Shown: piece by piece, positions 1 through 12,443 of the stretch
How positions within the stretch are numbered: the first letter of the stretch is position 1
How the letters are laid out: every line of letters begins with the position of its first letter
Assembly (NCBI GenBank): GCA_030141605.1
Contig: JAQGDQ010000058.1
Coordinates: forward strand, 1 to 64,000
Source of the DNA: Tubiluchus corallicola
Lineage: Eukaryota; Animalia; Priapulida
DNA length: 64,000 bases
Reading direction: 5' to 3'
Notes under the pieces: generated by a model
Database searches by the model: none
The model's input: only the letters and a program-made list of their open reading frames with translations
Told to the model about the DNA's origin: nothing
Made by a program: the position numbers and the translations under genes

Positions 1-11
1 AGAGAGAGAGA

Positions 12-52
<41 letters not shown>

Positions 53-106
53 AGGGGGGAGAGAGAGACAGAGAGGAGAGAGAGAGAGGGAGGGCGGGAG
101 AGACAG

Positions 107-148
<42 letters not shown>

Positions 149-152
149 TAGA
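1..152. repeat. (GA)n microsatellite, imperfect
   Basis: AGAGAG run with occasional G/C interruptions from the window start. Confidence 0.95.
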
Positions 153-1889
153 AACAGGGGGACTGACTTTTGCGGCCTTTAAGAGTACGATCTCAGGAGT
201 TTAGTATTACTCGATGTAATTTATTGCAAGGAAAAAATACCTCCTGACCTAAATCTATCTACCCAAGTCACCCTCCACCGTCTTCACCAGTAAAACATTT
301 CTTTTTTTAAATTTCGTTACTGACGGTTCGGCTACAGTCAACTTAACTGTGAGTATTGAAAATGTTTTAAAATGATATCGAAAAGGAATAGCTATACCAC
401 CAATATCTGCTGATTTTCCAACAAGAAGCAGAAATTAGCTGTTAAAGGCAAAAACATTACAATCAGTACAGTTTATGAATGGCTATGCTCTAGAACGTAG
501 CCTCAATAAATCACAGTCACTTAAAGGCTGAACAGAGCTAGCTAGTAATTTTTAGAAAGTTCAAACCAGGCCCCAAGGCCAGTTACATATACGACAAAAT
601 GCCAGACAATAGAAACAGGTGTTCCATTTACAGAAATCAAAACAGCAGTTTAACTAGACCTATATATCTATGGAATGCGTTAACTAGATCAATATCTTTG
701 AATGTTTTAAAAACACACTTAGCTACTCAGCTCTGCGTGGAGAGTTTTAAAATTTAACCTTATTTGTTAAAGCTTGTAAAACGATAATTTACCTTACAGC
801 AAGTAAAAGAATTTTTATGTAGCTGTCTCTACATTCTACAGGACAATTATGGTTTAAGGAATAGGTGCGTCTAGCGCGGTTTTGCACTGTCCAGCAGCAA
901 TAATGATGATTAAATAGAAAATTTGACTGAAACCTCTTTGAAGGTTGTCGAGTAAAAATCGATAAACGGTCAACAAAGTTGATTAACCACATGCACAATT
1001 ATTGGGGAAGCAGCATACAACATTACAAATGAGATCAATGCGTCACGCACTTATTAAGCACTGTCTGCATTTAATAATTAATACAGTACCTTAACTTGGA
1101 GCACTACAACTTTGTACTGGATCACAACGCATGCAAAAAACTGCTTGCATTAACAAACAATTGCGATATTAAACACTAACAAAATTAAGTGACGAATCTT
1201 ATGTTTTCGTTATTGGCTGAACAAACTATAGCGATGAACGGGTTACTACAGTTTATTCTCTAATTAGCTGAAGTGTAATTCTTTTTGTGACAGTTCACAA
1301 GACAACAGATTTGAGATTTGCATTGTGCACAGATGTATACTTTTTCGTATACCAAACTTACGTGTAATACTTTTGACACGTAATTTCGCCAGCAATTTCT
1401 TCTAAAATAAGCATCAGTTTTTTTTTAAATTGTGTAACAAATTTTAATAAAAACTGACAGGAGAATGGTGTGTCCTGGTTTGAACTTTCTAAAATTACTA
1501 GCTAGCTTCTGTTCAGCCTTTAAGTGACTGTGATTTATTGAGGCTACGTTCTAGAGCATAGCCATTCATAAACTGTACTGATTGTAATGTTTTTGCCTTT
1601 AATAGCCAATTTCTGCTTCTTGTTGGAAAAATCAGCAGATATTGGTGGTATAGCTATTCCTTTTCGATATCATTTTAAAACATTTTCAATACTCACAGTT
1701 GCTTTTGGATTCGTAGCCGAACCGTCAGTAACGAAATTTAAAAAAAGAAATGTTTTACTGGTGAAGACGGTGGAGGGTGACTTGCAGATAGATTTAGGTC
1801 AGGAGGTATTTTTTCCTTGCAATAAATTTACATCGAGTAATACTTCAAACTCCTGAGATCACTCTTAAAGGCCGCAAAGTCAGTCCCCC

Positions 1890-1895
<6 letters not shown>
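151..1895. repeat. Long inverted repeat: arms 151-570 and 1474-1895 (about 420 bp) with a spacer of about 900 bp, extended outward by (GA)n/(CT)n
   Basis: GAAACAGGGGGACTGAC...AGAAAGTTCAAACCAGG (151-570) is the reverse complement of CCTGGTTTGAACTTTCT...GTCAGTCCCCCTGTTTC (1474-1895), apart from scattered small indels. Confidence 0.93.
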
Positions 1896-2211
<316 letters not shown>

Positions 2212-5200
2212 AATGATTCCTATACAAAATCTGTTTGTTTGATTTTTCTTTGTAGACTTTGTTTTATCTTTTTAATTACTAAAAGCTACAAATGCGTTTT
2301 CTGTGGTTGTTTTTTCTTGGCGTACTTGTAATTTGCAAAATTAGATGAATAGTTTACGAATAAGAATATTACTGTACTAATCTTTAAAATTATTCGTACT
2401 TGTAAACTATTTGGCCGATTTTGCAACTTTCTGCAAAAATAATGACTATGAAATACAAATAAATTTGAAAATTTTAGCTATAATAGTGCTAAAAACTGTA
2501 AACGCACATTTAAATACTTCGTTTGTGTGCTTGCTGCTTTCATTGTAATCCTAAAGTTAAGTTGCCAGTCTTACAAATCCTCTTTCACAGTACGCAAAGA
2601 CCTGCTCCCTATCAACTCATCTACAGGTAGAAAGTTGTTATCTGTGTTATCACAGTATCACTACCTATCGATGCTGTAAGTTTGTCTGTATTTGCTGGGC
2701 TTATACATTATGAAACACATTCGTTATACAGAAGCGCATTCATTCTGTACCTACACCTTTAGGGAATTACACAATTTGAAACAAAGGCTAGGGCTAGAGA
2801 TTTCGACTGACAAGTTGTCTATTAATCTTTCTACGTAAGTGAAATCTATTGACGTATTGTATACCAAAATTCACCCGTATATAATACATATTAGGCCAGT
2901 ACTAACCCAGTGGCCTACTCATCTTGTCACTGTCACACATATACATGCGTTAACCACAAAGGTGGGTATTAATGCATTATTATAATTGCATACTCTGACC
3001 GATCCATTTAAGAATTACTCGGCTGTAAAAGAGAGTAGAGAGAAAGAAGGTGAAAAACCATCAGTTACTGTTGTGTGAAGTTCGCTGAGTTGTGAATACA
3101 AGTCTTGCATTGTGGTAATTTTAGGAGAGTTACTTTCGTCTGTTGTTAGTAGCTGCTGCTGTGTAAACTTCGTAGGCGTATTAAATCATTGCTTGAAATT
3201 TCGATCAAGTCTCTGTGATGCGTTTCCAAGATTTGGATAATAAGCTGGGTATGTCGTCAAGCCTTTTGGTAGTTTTATATGTTATTCGTAACCTTGCACT
3301 GTGATAATCACTATTACAGAAATTTAATTAATTATTTAATTTAATCGTCAGAGCGATTTTATCGACAACTATAGATGTTTTTTAATCTTTAGCTGCATTT
3401 GGTCTCAGTTTGCTGATATCTTCCTGTTTCCAAATGCAGACGCTAAAATGAAAGTCTAAGACTGCTAAGGTTAAAACTAATTGTGCAAATTTAGAACCAG
3501 AATGATGAACAGTAGTTCTCGTGAAGTTTTTGAGCTATGTGATACTCTCTGGTAACGTGAATTGTGTTGTAATTTTATACCTGACAAAGACTAGATATTA
3601 GAATTTTTCTTTAATACATAGTTCACTTCCTTTGAAACTATTCGACTATAGTAATTCATGTACGTACTGCTAATATGTTGTTTACGTGTTCGAGAATGAC
3701 TGCTAACCCATAACATTTTGTTTGTGCTTTAATTAAGTAATAAATTTAAATTTTGTTGACTCCCTAGAATGAAGTCTCTCTAGTACTTGCTGTCATGCAA
3801 GCAGGATTATATTATGTATAGAATGGTTGTATTGTTAATTGCTAAGTTTATTTTTTATTTTTCTACAGATATGGACAACTTAAAATAATTTTACGCATAC
3901 GAGTTCTCCTTGCATAAGTCACTTGTATTAAAAAATTTAATCAATGTGTACAAGTGTTTATTGTTACAGCTATCATATAATTCATGTGTAAAAGTGTTTA
4001 TTGTTACAACTATCATGTAATTCAAGAACTTCTAACTTACATATTGCAAATTGTCTTATCCATCAAACCTGTTAAAAATATTTTTTATGTAAAAGCAACT
4101 TTTATAGAAATTATATAGCATTACTTAGGAAAGGGTTAAGTAAATCTAACTTGAGACTAAAACTCAGCAGTAATTAATTTTTACCAAAATTTTGCAACCT
4201 ATTTTGTGATGAGTTTGAAACTAGTAACTGTCTAACTGCTGTCATTTTCAAATTAATTTATTAATTGCCGTGGCAGACGTGCGAAATTCATTTGTTACAA
4301 CATTAAACCGTACTAGTACTTTGTTTAATATTTTAATAAAAGTTATCTAAACTATTTATGAAGGCGATTAATTTTAGACTATTTCATTAAAAAACAAAAT
4401 GAAAACTGCGACTTTGATTTTTCAAAATCTCGGCATAATATTTGCCTTACTTCTTAGCCAGTTAAAATGAAAGTTTTGTATGCAGATGAGTTTAGAAAGA
4501 AAGCTATTCCTAATCAGATGATCATTTCTCTGTTCTGGAATTCAACCTGCTACTAATCTTAAGTAGTGTTTAGCACATAGGCTGATAGGTAAACTAAATG
4601 CTTATTCTGTGGTATTCTATTCTAAATGTGCCAGCACTTCTAAGTAGGCAAACTTCTAAAAAGCCTGCACTAGTGGCACAGTTTTTCAACGCTAATTTTT
4701 CGCAAAGGAATTCCTTCAATGCTTTTCTGTTTTGACAAACAGCTTTTCCATTGAAAAGCCCGTATTTGAAGATTTATACGTGGCTAGTTACCCAAATTAA
4801 TGGTATTGTTTAGTTTTAGAATTTAACTAAGTATAAATTAGTTGCTTATACAGTATGTTGTTTGACAAATTCACTTCATTTTGACATTAGCAATAATGAA
4901 CAGTCGCTTCTCGAAATTAAGTGTACAGTGTATACTTAAGTCTTAATTAAGTGAACATATAGAATGTCTAAAGTAACTGTCTGTCTTTCTCTGCAAAGTG
5001 TAAAGATGTGGAATAGCGTTCTATGAAACTGCTCAATTTTTTTTAAAAATCATGTCATGTTTCTGTATTGTTGATCAGTCTGAAGCTTTTGAGTTTACTC
5101 GTAATTTACTCTATATATATTGTGGTTACTTGTCATTCGGTCAGATCAGATCCGCCCCCTGGTTATGAAGTTTGCCAAGCTGAACCTCCATTATTTAATA

Positions 5201-7253
5201 TGCTAACCAGCTAAGCAATCCATAGCCTTTCATTTAGACCGCTTAGTCCTTCTTGTGGAAATGATCTTCAACGTATTTTTATTAACGTTGCAGTTAAGGT
5301 GTACACCTTCCAATAATACTTTGAACATAAAGTAAATTTTGGTCTTACTAGTTTGTCCTAACCCACACTCGCACTGTGCTTGTTATCTAAAACTATTTGT
5401 AATCGTTAATATGTAGGGTCATGATAAGCTTGTGAAGCATCACGTTCAGTCATGTATTCAAAACTACATAAATAATTGGTTGAAATAGCCGAAATTTCTG
5501 TAGCGATAAATTATTGCTTAATCTGTTTTGCTGTGTTCAACCATTTTATGGTGTTAACTGGTTAAACACTACAGCTGAGTGATTTGGGAAATAATATAGA
5601 ACCGGGTTATTGACATTGCGTAATTTGCATACATTGTTCATCTTATCACATCAAATCTCCTTGCTTTTGGTTTAAAAAATTGTAATTTTCTCTATTATAT
5701 GCTGTATGTAAACGAGCTGACAATATAAGTAAGAAATTTTTTGGAGGGAGGATTAGCTCCAAACCATGGTAGTAATGCTTGTGGAAGAGTTCCTGTGTGG
5801 CTCAACATGTCCTATGGGCCTCGTGTTTCAAAACTTGGACTTTCCTCCTAGGCTTATCGTTTGCAGTTTGAAATCAAATTTGGTCCAGTAATCTCAAAAA
5901 TTCCGAGTTATATTCTGCAATTTTTGCCTGACATCAGACAACATCTTGTTTTATGTTTTCTACAAGTCGATGGTACATATTCTCACTCACGCCTGTCCTT
6001 TGGGTCGTAAATTCACTCTTCCTGAATTCCATCCAGGTCGTTGTCAGATGCTAATAAGTGGGCTACAGGTGTCTGTGCCATCACTGATATTCATAGTGCG
6101 ATAGTGAGATTGGTGCTGACTTAGGACTTCCAACAGTTATAGTACTGTTTTTTCTTAATTCAGAAAATCTGTTAAGCGATAAAAAAATTCATCTTTTTAT
6201 GAGATATTACTGTTACTCTAGGTATGAAAAAATACAAACAGGAAAACTTGAAGCTGTTTGAAGGCTTTTAAATATGCATTGTTAACAACGGAAGACGTTT
6301 CCACAGTCGTGATGTCATATCGGTACCCATTTGTAATATTTGGGCCAACAAAATATCTTAACAAAGGGGCACGAATACTGTACGATTGTCAATCATCTAC
6401 TTACTTTTTCTTTGCATTTTTTTTAAAATTTGTAATAAAATTGAAAATTACAATGCGTTATGTTGTAACCATTAGTCCTGCTTAGTACAGACATGTCAAA
6501 TTAATGTCATGTTTAATTTGACTGATTCAAGATTTACAAGATTGTTTATCTCACATCAACACAAATACACAATTAATACATTAAAAGAAACAAAAAGTTT
6601 TCAATAATTCAATGAATACCAAACAGTAAGATACATAATAAGAAGCAAATTTTGGAAAAGATGATTTAGACTGTCTTTAGACGTAGGTGAACTTATGGTA
6701 AACAAAAATGGTGATATCGTTACTTCCTTTAATACTCGTGTCTAAACAACGGTATGTACAGCATTATTACAAATATACTAACTTGACTCTCAAAACACTG
6801 TGGGGTTGAAAGATAAACAAGAGAGTTATCGCTGTTGTATGTTACTTAGTAAATTCGTATACAGTTTACTTTGAGCACACAACTAGTTTAGATATATCAT
6901 AGTTTAGGTTTGCTATATCAGGCAGTGACACATTATTGAACGCAGGATATCCACGTATCCTGTATATCTGCGTTAAAAGGCGTTCTCTGGATCCAATGAC
7001 GAAGTTCATCACAGGATACGTTTGAATTTTCTGTTATTTGCTAAGCTAAGTTCGTGCTGAGTGCATATATTTGGACAATACATCGCGTTATAATATTAGG
7101 TTTTCTCACTGGTAGTGTTTTAATGGAACAAACTGGGCGTAGTTTAGAGGATTTGGCATACTGTAGTAAGTATCATAGCTCAGTGCGTGCATTAATTTGT
7201 GTTCAAGAACCAATACTGAATTTATAAGTTGCTTTTAGAAGCTTGGGACCATA

Positions 7254-7320
7254 ATGGTTTTAACAAAGTTCAAAGAAGGAATTCCTATTTCCTACAACAC
7301 AAAAGCAAAACCGAGTTATG
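7254..7320 (+). CDS. Candidate alternative first coding exon of septin-7 (MVLTKFKEGIPISYNTKAKPSY, phase 1)
   Basis: TTTTAG acceptor at 7233-7238, ATG at 7254, ATG|GTATGT donor at 7321. It is in frame with the common exon only if the 2-nt microexon 7463-7464 is included. Inference. Confidence 0.4.
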
Positions 7321-8788
7321 GTATGTTTATATGCGGATTTATTTTATTTATTGATCTAATAATTTTCTTGTTTTTTTTTTCATGTCTTTCTCACCTGCCG
7401 TTTTCTTTGCTGCTGCATCTGATATTGATTTTTGGTTGATTTTTGAACATCGATCACTATAGCGGTAAGTGGACTTTGTTTCAATTACATATCATTAACA
7501 TTTAAACAATATTTTTAGACATGTTGGGTTACTTCTTGAATTTTAGTATAAAATTTGTGCGTTAGTGCAATATGTACAGTATGTTAGTAGTTCACTTTTT
7601 GTAGCGTAGTTATTGTGTTTATAATTTTCTTTCAAATCGTGTTTTTAACTAAGTTACCAGGTAGATTAGTTGCTCTATTCTTCCTTTGGTTTTATACTTC
7701 ATGGCAGAGCTTAGAGATTGAATTACTAAGAGAAAGCGACTTTGAGCTATTTTCTAGTCATTTGGCAAAGACATGCTCTTTTGTCAGAAAAAATCAGCTT
7801 ACAAGTTGATCCCTTAGCAAGCGGTTCATCAGAAGGATTGATTTGCCGTGTTAAAAGGTTACTAGGACTGGCAAATTGTAATACTTAGTCTTGTATTAAT
7901 AACAAATAATTGATAGAATCTTACACTTTAATCAGTTTCAAATGCAAGTGTTTGAGGTGAATATGGCAGTTGTTTGGTGCGTGTCGTGTTATATATTCAA
8001 TAGTTGGACAATGGAAATAATTCCTCTTCATGCTGTCTGATATGAGCCTTCAATTGTGGGATTACCCACATTGCTGTATTTCTTTAGAGTACGTGTTTGT
8101 ATCGCTTTTTGCAAAATACTACAGAAATTCATCCATCATTTGCACATGCTCAGTAATTATCCTCAATTTTATTTACTTTGATGTAAACCCATTGCTTGCT
8201 GCTCGCATTGTGTTTCAGTCCCAGTTTCGGTTGTTCATGTTACTCATGTTAGCTTGTTCTACAGACTCTGGGTCATCTGTGGCTTTCGTGAAAAGACGTA
8301 GATCGTCCTGCTGTGTTTACGAAATATTAATTAGCGTCTTAGAGAAAGGTGAACTGTTATTACCTGTTGGTAATGACTTTGCCAATGTTTTGGCGCCTGG
8401 GGCTATAGGTGGCATGTACCCCCTGTGAATGGTGTGTTTGCTTTTGCAGGTTATCCAAAGTAATTGCAGCGATAGGCCAAAGTTTTGTTTGACGTTTTTT
8501 TATTATGTGACAAGATAGATATAAATTTATTTTTAACGTGGAACCATTAAAATTGCATGTGAAAAATGTTTCCATATTGGCCCGTGCAGTTAGTGAAATT
8601 AAAAAGATACAGTTTTTCATAGGCATATTAATCACTTAAATTACACGTTACAATAACATACATTAGAATATTAAGAATAAATTCTGATTAACTTAATAGT
8701 TATGATAATAATGATAACAATTTAGATTGTGTTGTGACATTCCAAGAGATAAAGTTTCTCATTAAAAATTTTAAATGTACTTACATTA

Positions 8789-9781
8789 CACAGGGTAAAC
8801 TGACCGTTAAATAAAATAATTTATACACAAAATTTATAAATCAGACGTTTGTTTTAAAATTCAAATATTAGACCAATATGCAAATTTTTCTGTTACATAA
8901 AGCAGATTAAGCACTAAAGAGTACACATTATTTTACATAGTATAATTACAAAAGTAAGTTATGATTAAAATTGGCTGTTACAGAAAATAATTTGAATTAC
9001 GACATATTAAAACACGTAGAGGTACTGAAGTAATTTACTATAAAAATCCGGTTTTTACTGAAAATTATTTAAACTATGACATATTAAAACATATAAAGTT
9101 ACACTTTAAAGGGTTTTATATGCAACTACATTTAAACGGATTAAACTGAGTGTATGCAACTACATTTAAACGAATTAAACTGAGTGTTAAATTAAAATAA
9201 TCTATGTTAATTTCCACTATTGCACTAATTTAGGAAACTGTAAAATCACTTGAACCTGTACTCTTTCCATAAAAGCATTTGTGAGTTGACATATTTGCAA
9301 AAAGTGTGGCAGAAAAAAAATGGAGAAAAATTTTTGTTCCAGTAGGGATTCGAACCATGGAATCTAATATACTAGGCATATGCTGTAAATACTGTAAGTT
9401 TCAAGCTCAGTGGAAGGCAGTCTTCTCGTATAAACCTCTCCTTAACTTCTAAGCATGCTCCCATACCAAAGTTGGGTAACTGCTATTAGTCAATTGTTCA
9501 CCAAATGCTCAGACGTTAAATATTAATAATATTTAATTTTTTATTGAAGCGAATCCTTGGAAAACTGAAAAAGTCAAGTCTACGTGGTGTTAATTTAATT
9601 AAATTTTGTTGCTAAATTTTTCTTTTCTAAACTTCAAAAAAAAGTTTCTATAAACTAAAACAAAAATTAACAACTTTGAATTTTGACAATGTGCCCTTTA
9701 TATGTTGTTCGACATGCATACAAATAAATTGATCTAATTCACCAAATTCAATCTCCAATGGTTAAAATTTGATTCCTTGTG
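8789..9781. mobile_element. Possible old non-autonomous DNA element (TA|CACAGGG...CCTTGTG|TA) with an internal 34-bp tandem duplication
   Basis: Short imperfect TIR (CACAGGGTAA vs reverse complement CACAAGGAA), TA on both sides, very AT-rich interior, tandem copy at about 9119-9187. Confidence 0.3.
9335..9413 (-). repeat. Degenerate tRNA-derived (SINE-like) head
   Basis: Minus strand has a Pol III B-box GGTTCGAATCCC (9345-9356); no intact cloverleaf or clear A-box. Confidence 0.3.
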
Positions 9782-12080
9782 TAAATATTCACTTTGATCG
9801 GCCACATGTTTGTAATTATGTTGTCAGTTGATTCATCAAATAATTTATAGCTTCAAAATTTTATTTCATACAATTTTGCTAACTCTTTGTCTGTAATTTA
9901 ATTATTGACTAACGTAGGTATGGTATGATAGGTGTGACTATTTGACTGAGTGATTTCGTCTTGGGTTCAAGGTGGTAGTTTTGATTTTAATCAACAGGTA
10001 GCTCACAGGTATTTGCTAGCTTCTTTCTGCGTGTTCGGTTTGTTGTAAACTTGTCATTAAAACAAACTTAATGAAGTAGCCACGGATGTTCTCTACGTTT
10101 GTTATTTTTGCTTGACCTGTGAACATTAGGCTAGTAGTCATTTCAAAATGTGACTTGCTTTCTCTTGAACAGGGATAATCAAGTTCTTTACTAAAAAAAC
10201 TTTCAGTGCCAGTTGCTTTGGACAGTAGCCTTAGTGCCTTTTGAATATTTATTATTTTCGTTTTACTTTTTTATTACCTATTCAGTGTAGGTAAGGATTT
10301 GAAACATTTATCCCACCACATAATCAGATCGCGACTTTCACGATTGTTTTTGAAAAAACATCTCTTCGGGTTACAAGTATAAACTAGAAGTGCTTTAAAT
10401 ACAATAATTTATTTGTTAAATTCTCCAAAACTTTTCACAGCTTAAATCTGTAAATCTAGAAGTGTTGCAATGCAGTAATAAGTGTAAGGTAAAAGTGCTT
10501 CAAATTCACAAAATTTAAGTATGTGTACTTGAAAGTAACTGTATAAACAATAACAAAAGAGGTGTTAGATTTTTGTCTAAATATTTTTTCTTCATACATT
10601 TGTTTTTTTTATATTTAACTGCCTGTGGTTTCTTACAGTCACAGAGTGCAGGCACCCATGTAGCGAAATCTAAATAATATGCTTTTTTGAGTTCTTAAAG
10701 TAAGTGTGATTGTAAGTTGAGTGTTTATTGTTGAAGGTGAAACCCTGACAGCTGTACCTAAAACTTAGTTTATTTCCCAGTTTTACTATTTGTCTATATC
10801 TATTTTCTAATCTGGATTAATAATATTTAGTTTTTACTTTACAGACACCAGCCTAGGCAAACATTTAATCAATTCAATAAATGGAAATTTTTTGTCATAA
10901 GCCTACAGTGTGTGCTATACCGTAGCTTCACGTAGAGAATGCTTCTGAAACATTTGGCACAAGTCGTTGATTTGTTGCTTGTTTGAATTAATTTTAAAAC
11001 AACACGTTGAGATATAAATCATATCAGACCTGTCAGACCTGATAATCGCAATTAAACCTGTTACATATGTGCTGTTTCAAAAAGCTACAGCGTGACTCCA
11101 TCTAGAGAATGCTTTTGAAACATTTAGCAGGCTGTAGTTCAACTGTTAATTCGGAAGCAAAAAAATGTAAGGAATGGAAAATTTTTAAAAAGTGAATAAA
11201 AAATATATGAAGTGCATGATTAAATTAAGCTTTCGCGCTTTACCGTTGAAGGCAGTGTGTAATTATTACTTTGAAAACATTATTCTATGGGTGCATTTAC
11301 AGACCAAAAATAATAATTACGTTGTCGGTTTTATTACTAATTTTTCAACACAGTCATGCTGCTTTTTACGAATGAGCCGTTAGCTCATAAGTTAGTGTGC
11401 AGTGTGCACTCCTGTGACTCATCAGCTTTATTTACTACGTGATTTGTTTTGAGCAAGCCTTAACGTTTGGCAGAAACCAGACGTGTTGACAGCGTTGTTT
11501 AGACTCGTGTTCCTTTCGCAGAAATGCTTTAGGTGCACAGCTGCTCACAGTAGTAAGGACTGCAGTACTTCAACAAAGTACCAATAGTAGATCATGTGTT
11601 ATTAATATCGCAAATGATTCTCCAGTGCGGTTTTCTGGTTTAATTTTGCGAATAGCAGAAAAGTTTTGCGCTGCCATTCAGTTTTGGCAGTTTATTAATT
11701 TTTTTGTGTGTAAAAACTACAAATGTAGTATTAAGTTTTAGTCGTATTTAGCTCCTTTGTCGTAGCATAGGTTTAATAATAATTTGCGTCTTTCTCGATT
11801 GATGGCGCCACATGACGGCACGCCGCTGTCATCTGCTGAACAAGCAAAGCAACTGCGCTCCTGTCACAGAGAAGTCTGCATGACTCGTGGCTGTTTGTCT
11901 GCGCGTGAGAGGAAGCTTGGAAGAGTGAATCATCCCAACCTTTCTTGTTCGCACACGGTGTTGCTGCAGCTGCAGCTGCTGTCTAGTAACGTTTGTATGC
12001 ATGAGTAATTGTTTTACTGCATGACCATATCGTAGTATCGCTCTGCTTTAGCGTTTTGAAATTTTGGGATTTTAAACAAA

Positions 12081-12443
12081 ATGTCGCGACCGACAGCTAC
12101 CACATCTTCTTTGTTGGCCGAAGCAAGAGAGAGAAGATTTCGAAGACAGGCCGAAGCTAACGGCCTGAAAGCCGTAGACCAAGATTCGACCAAGGTTGAT
12201 CAGAACAAAATCGCAACCTCTAACTATACCAGCAGCGTAACCAGCAAACCTCCTTTAGGCGCGGGGACAGATTATAAAGATTACAAATCAGCGTATTCTA
12301 AGTATCTCAGTGATCGTGAAAAATTAGCAGGATATTCAGCGACAAAATCAAAGACGGACGTGAGTAGTATGGATACGAATAGATCCGAGTCTCCACGTTC
12401 CGAACCGTCTACCAACCTCTCGTCAAGTGCCTCCACCGAGTCT
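12081..12443 (+). CDS. SEPT7: Septin-7 alternative first coding exon A (121 aa, Ser/Thr-rich, phase 0)
   Basis: AAAATG start, open frame, TCT|GTAAGT donor at 12444; phase 0 matches the acceptor at 24358. Confidence 0.72.

Noticed and set aside
3061-3270. Possible most-upstream septin 5'UTR exon (TCAGTT start, GG|GTATGT donor at 3249)
   Set aside because: Plausible partner for the 7239 acceptor, but the motifs are too short to support without transcript data.
9335-9413. Functional tRNA gene
   Set aside because: Only the B-box/T-arm is recognisable; no acceptor stem or anticodon arm.
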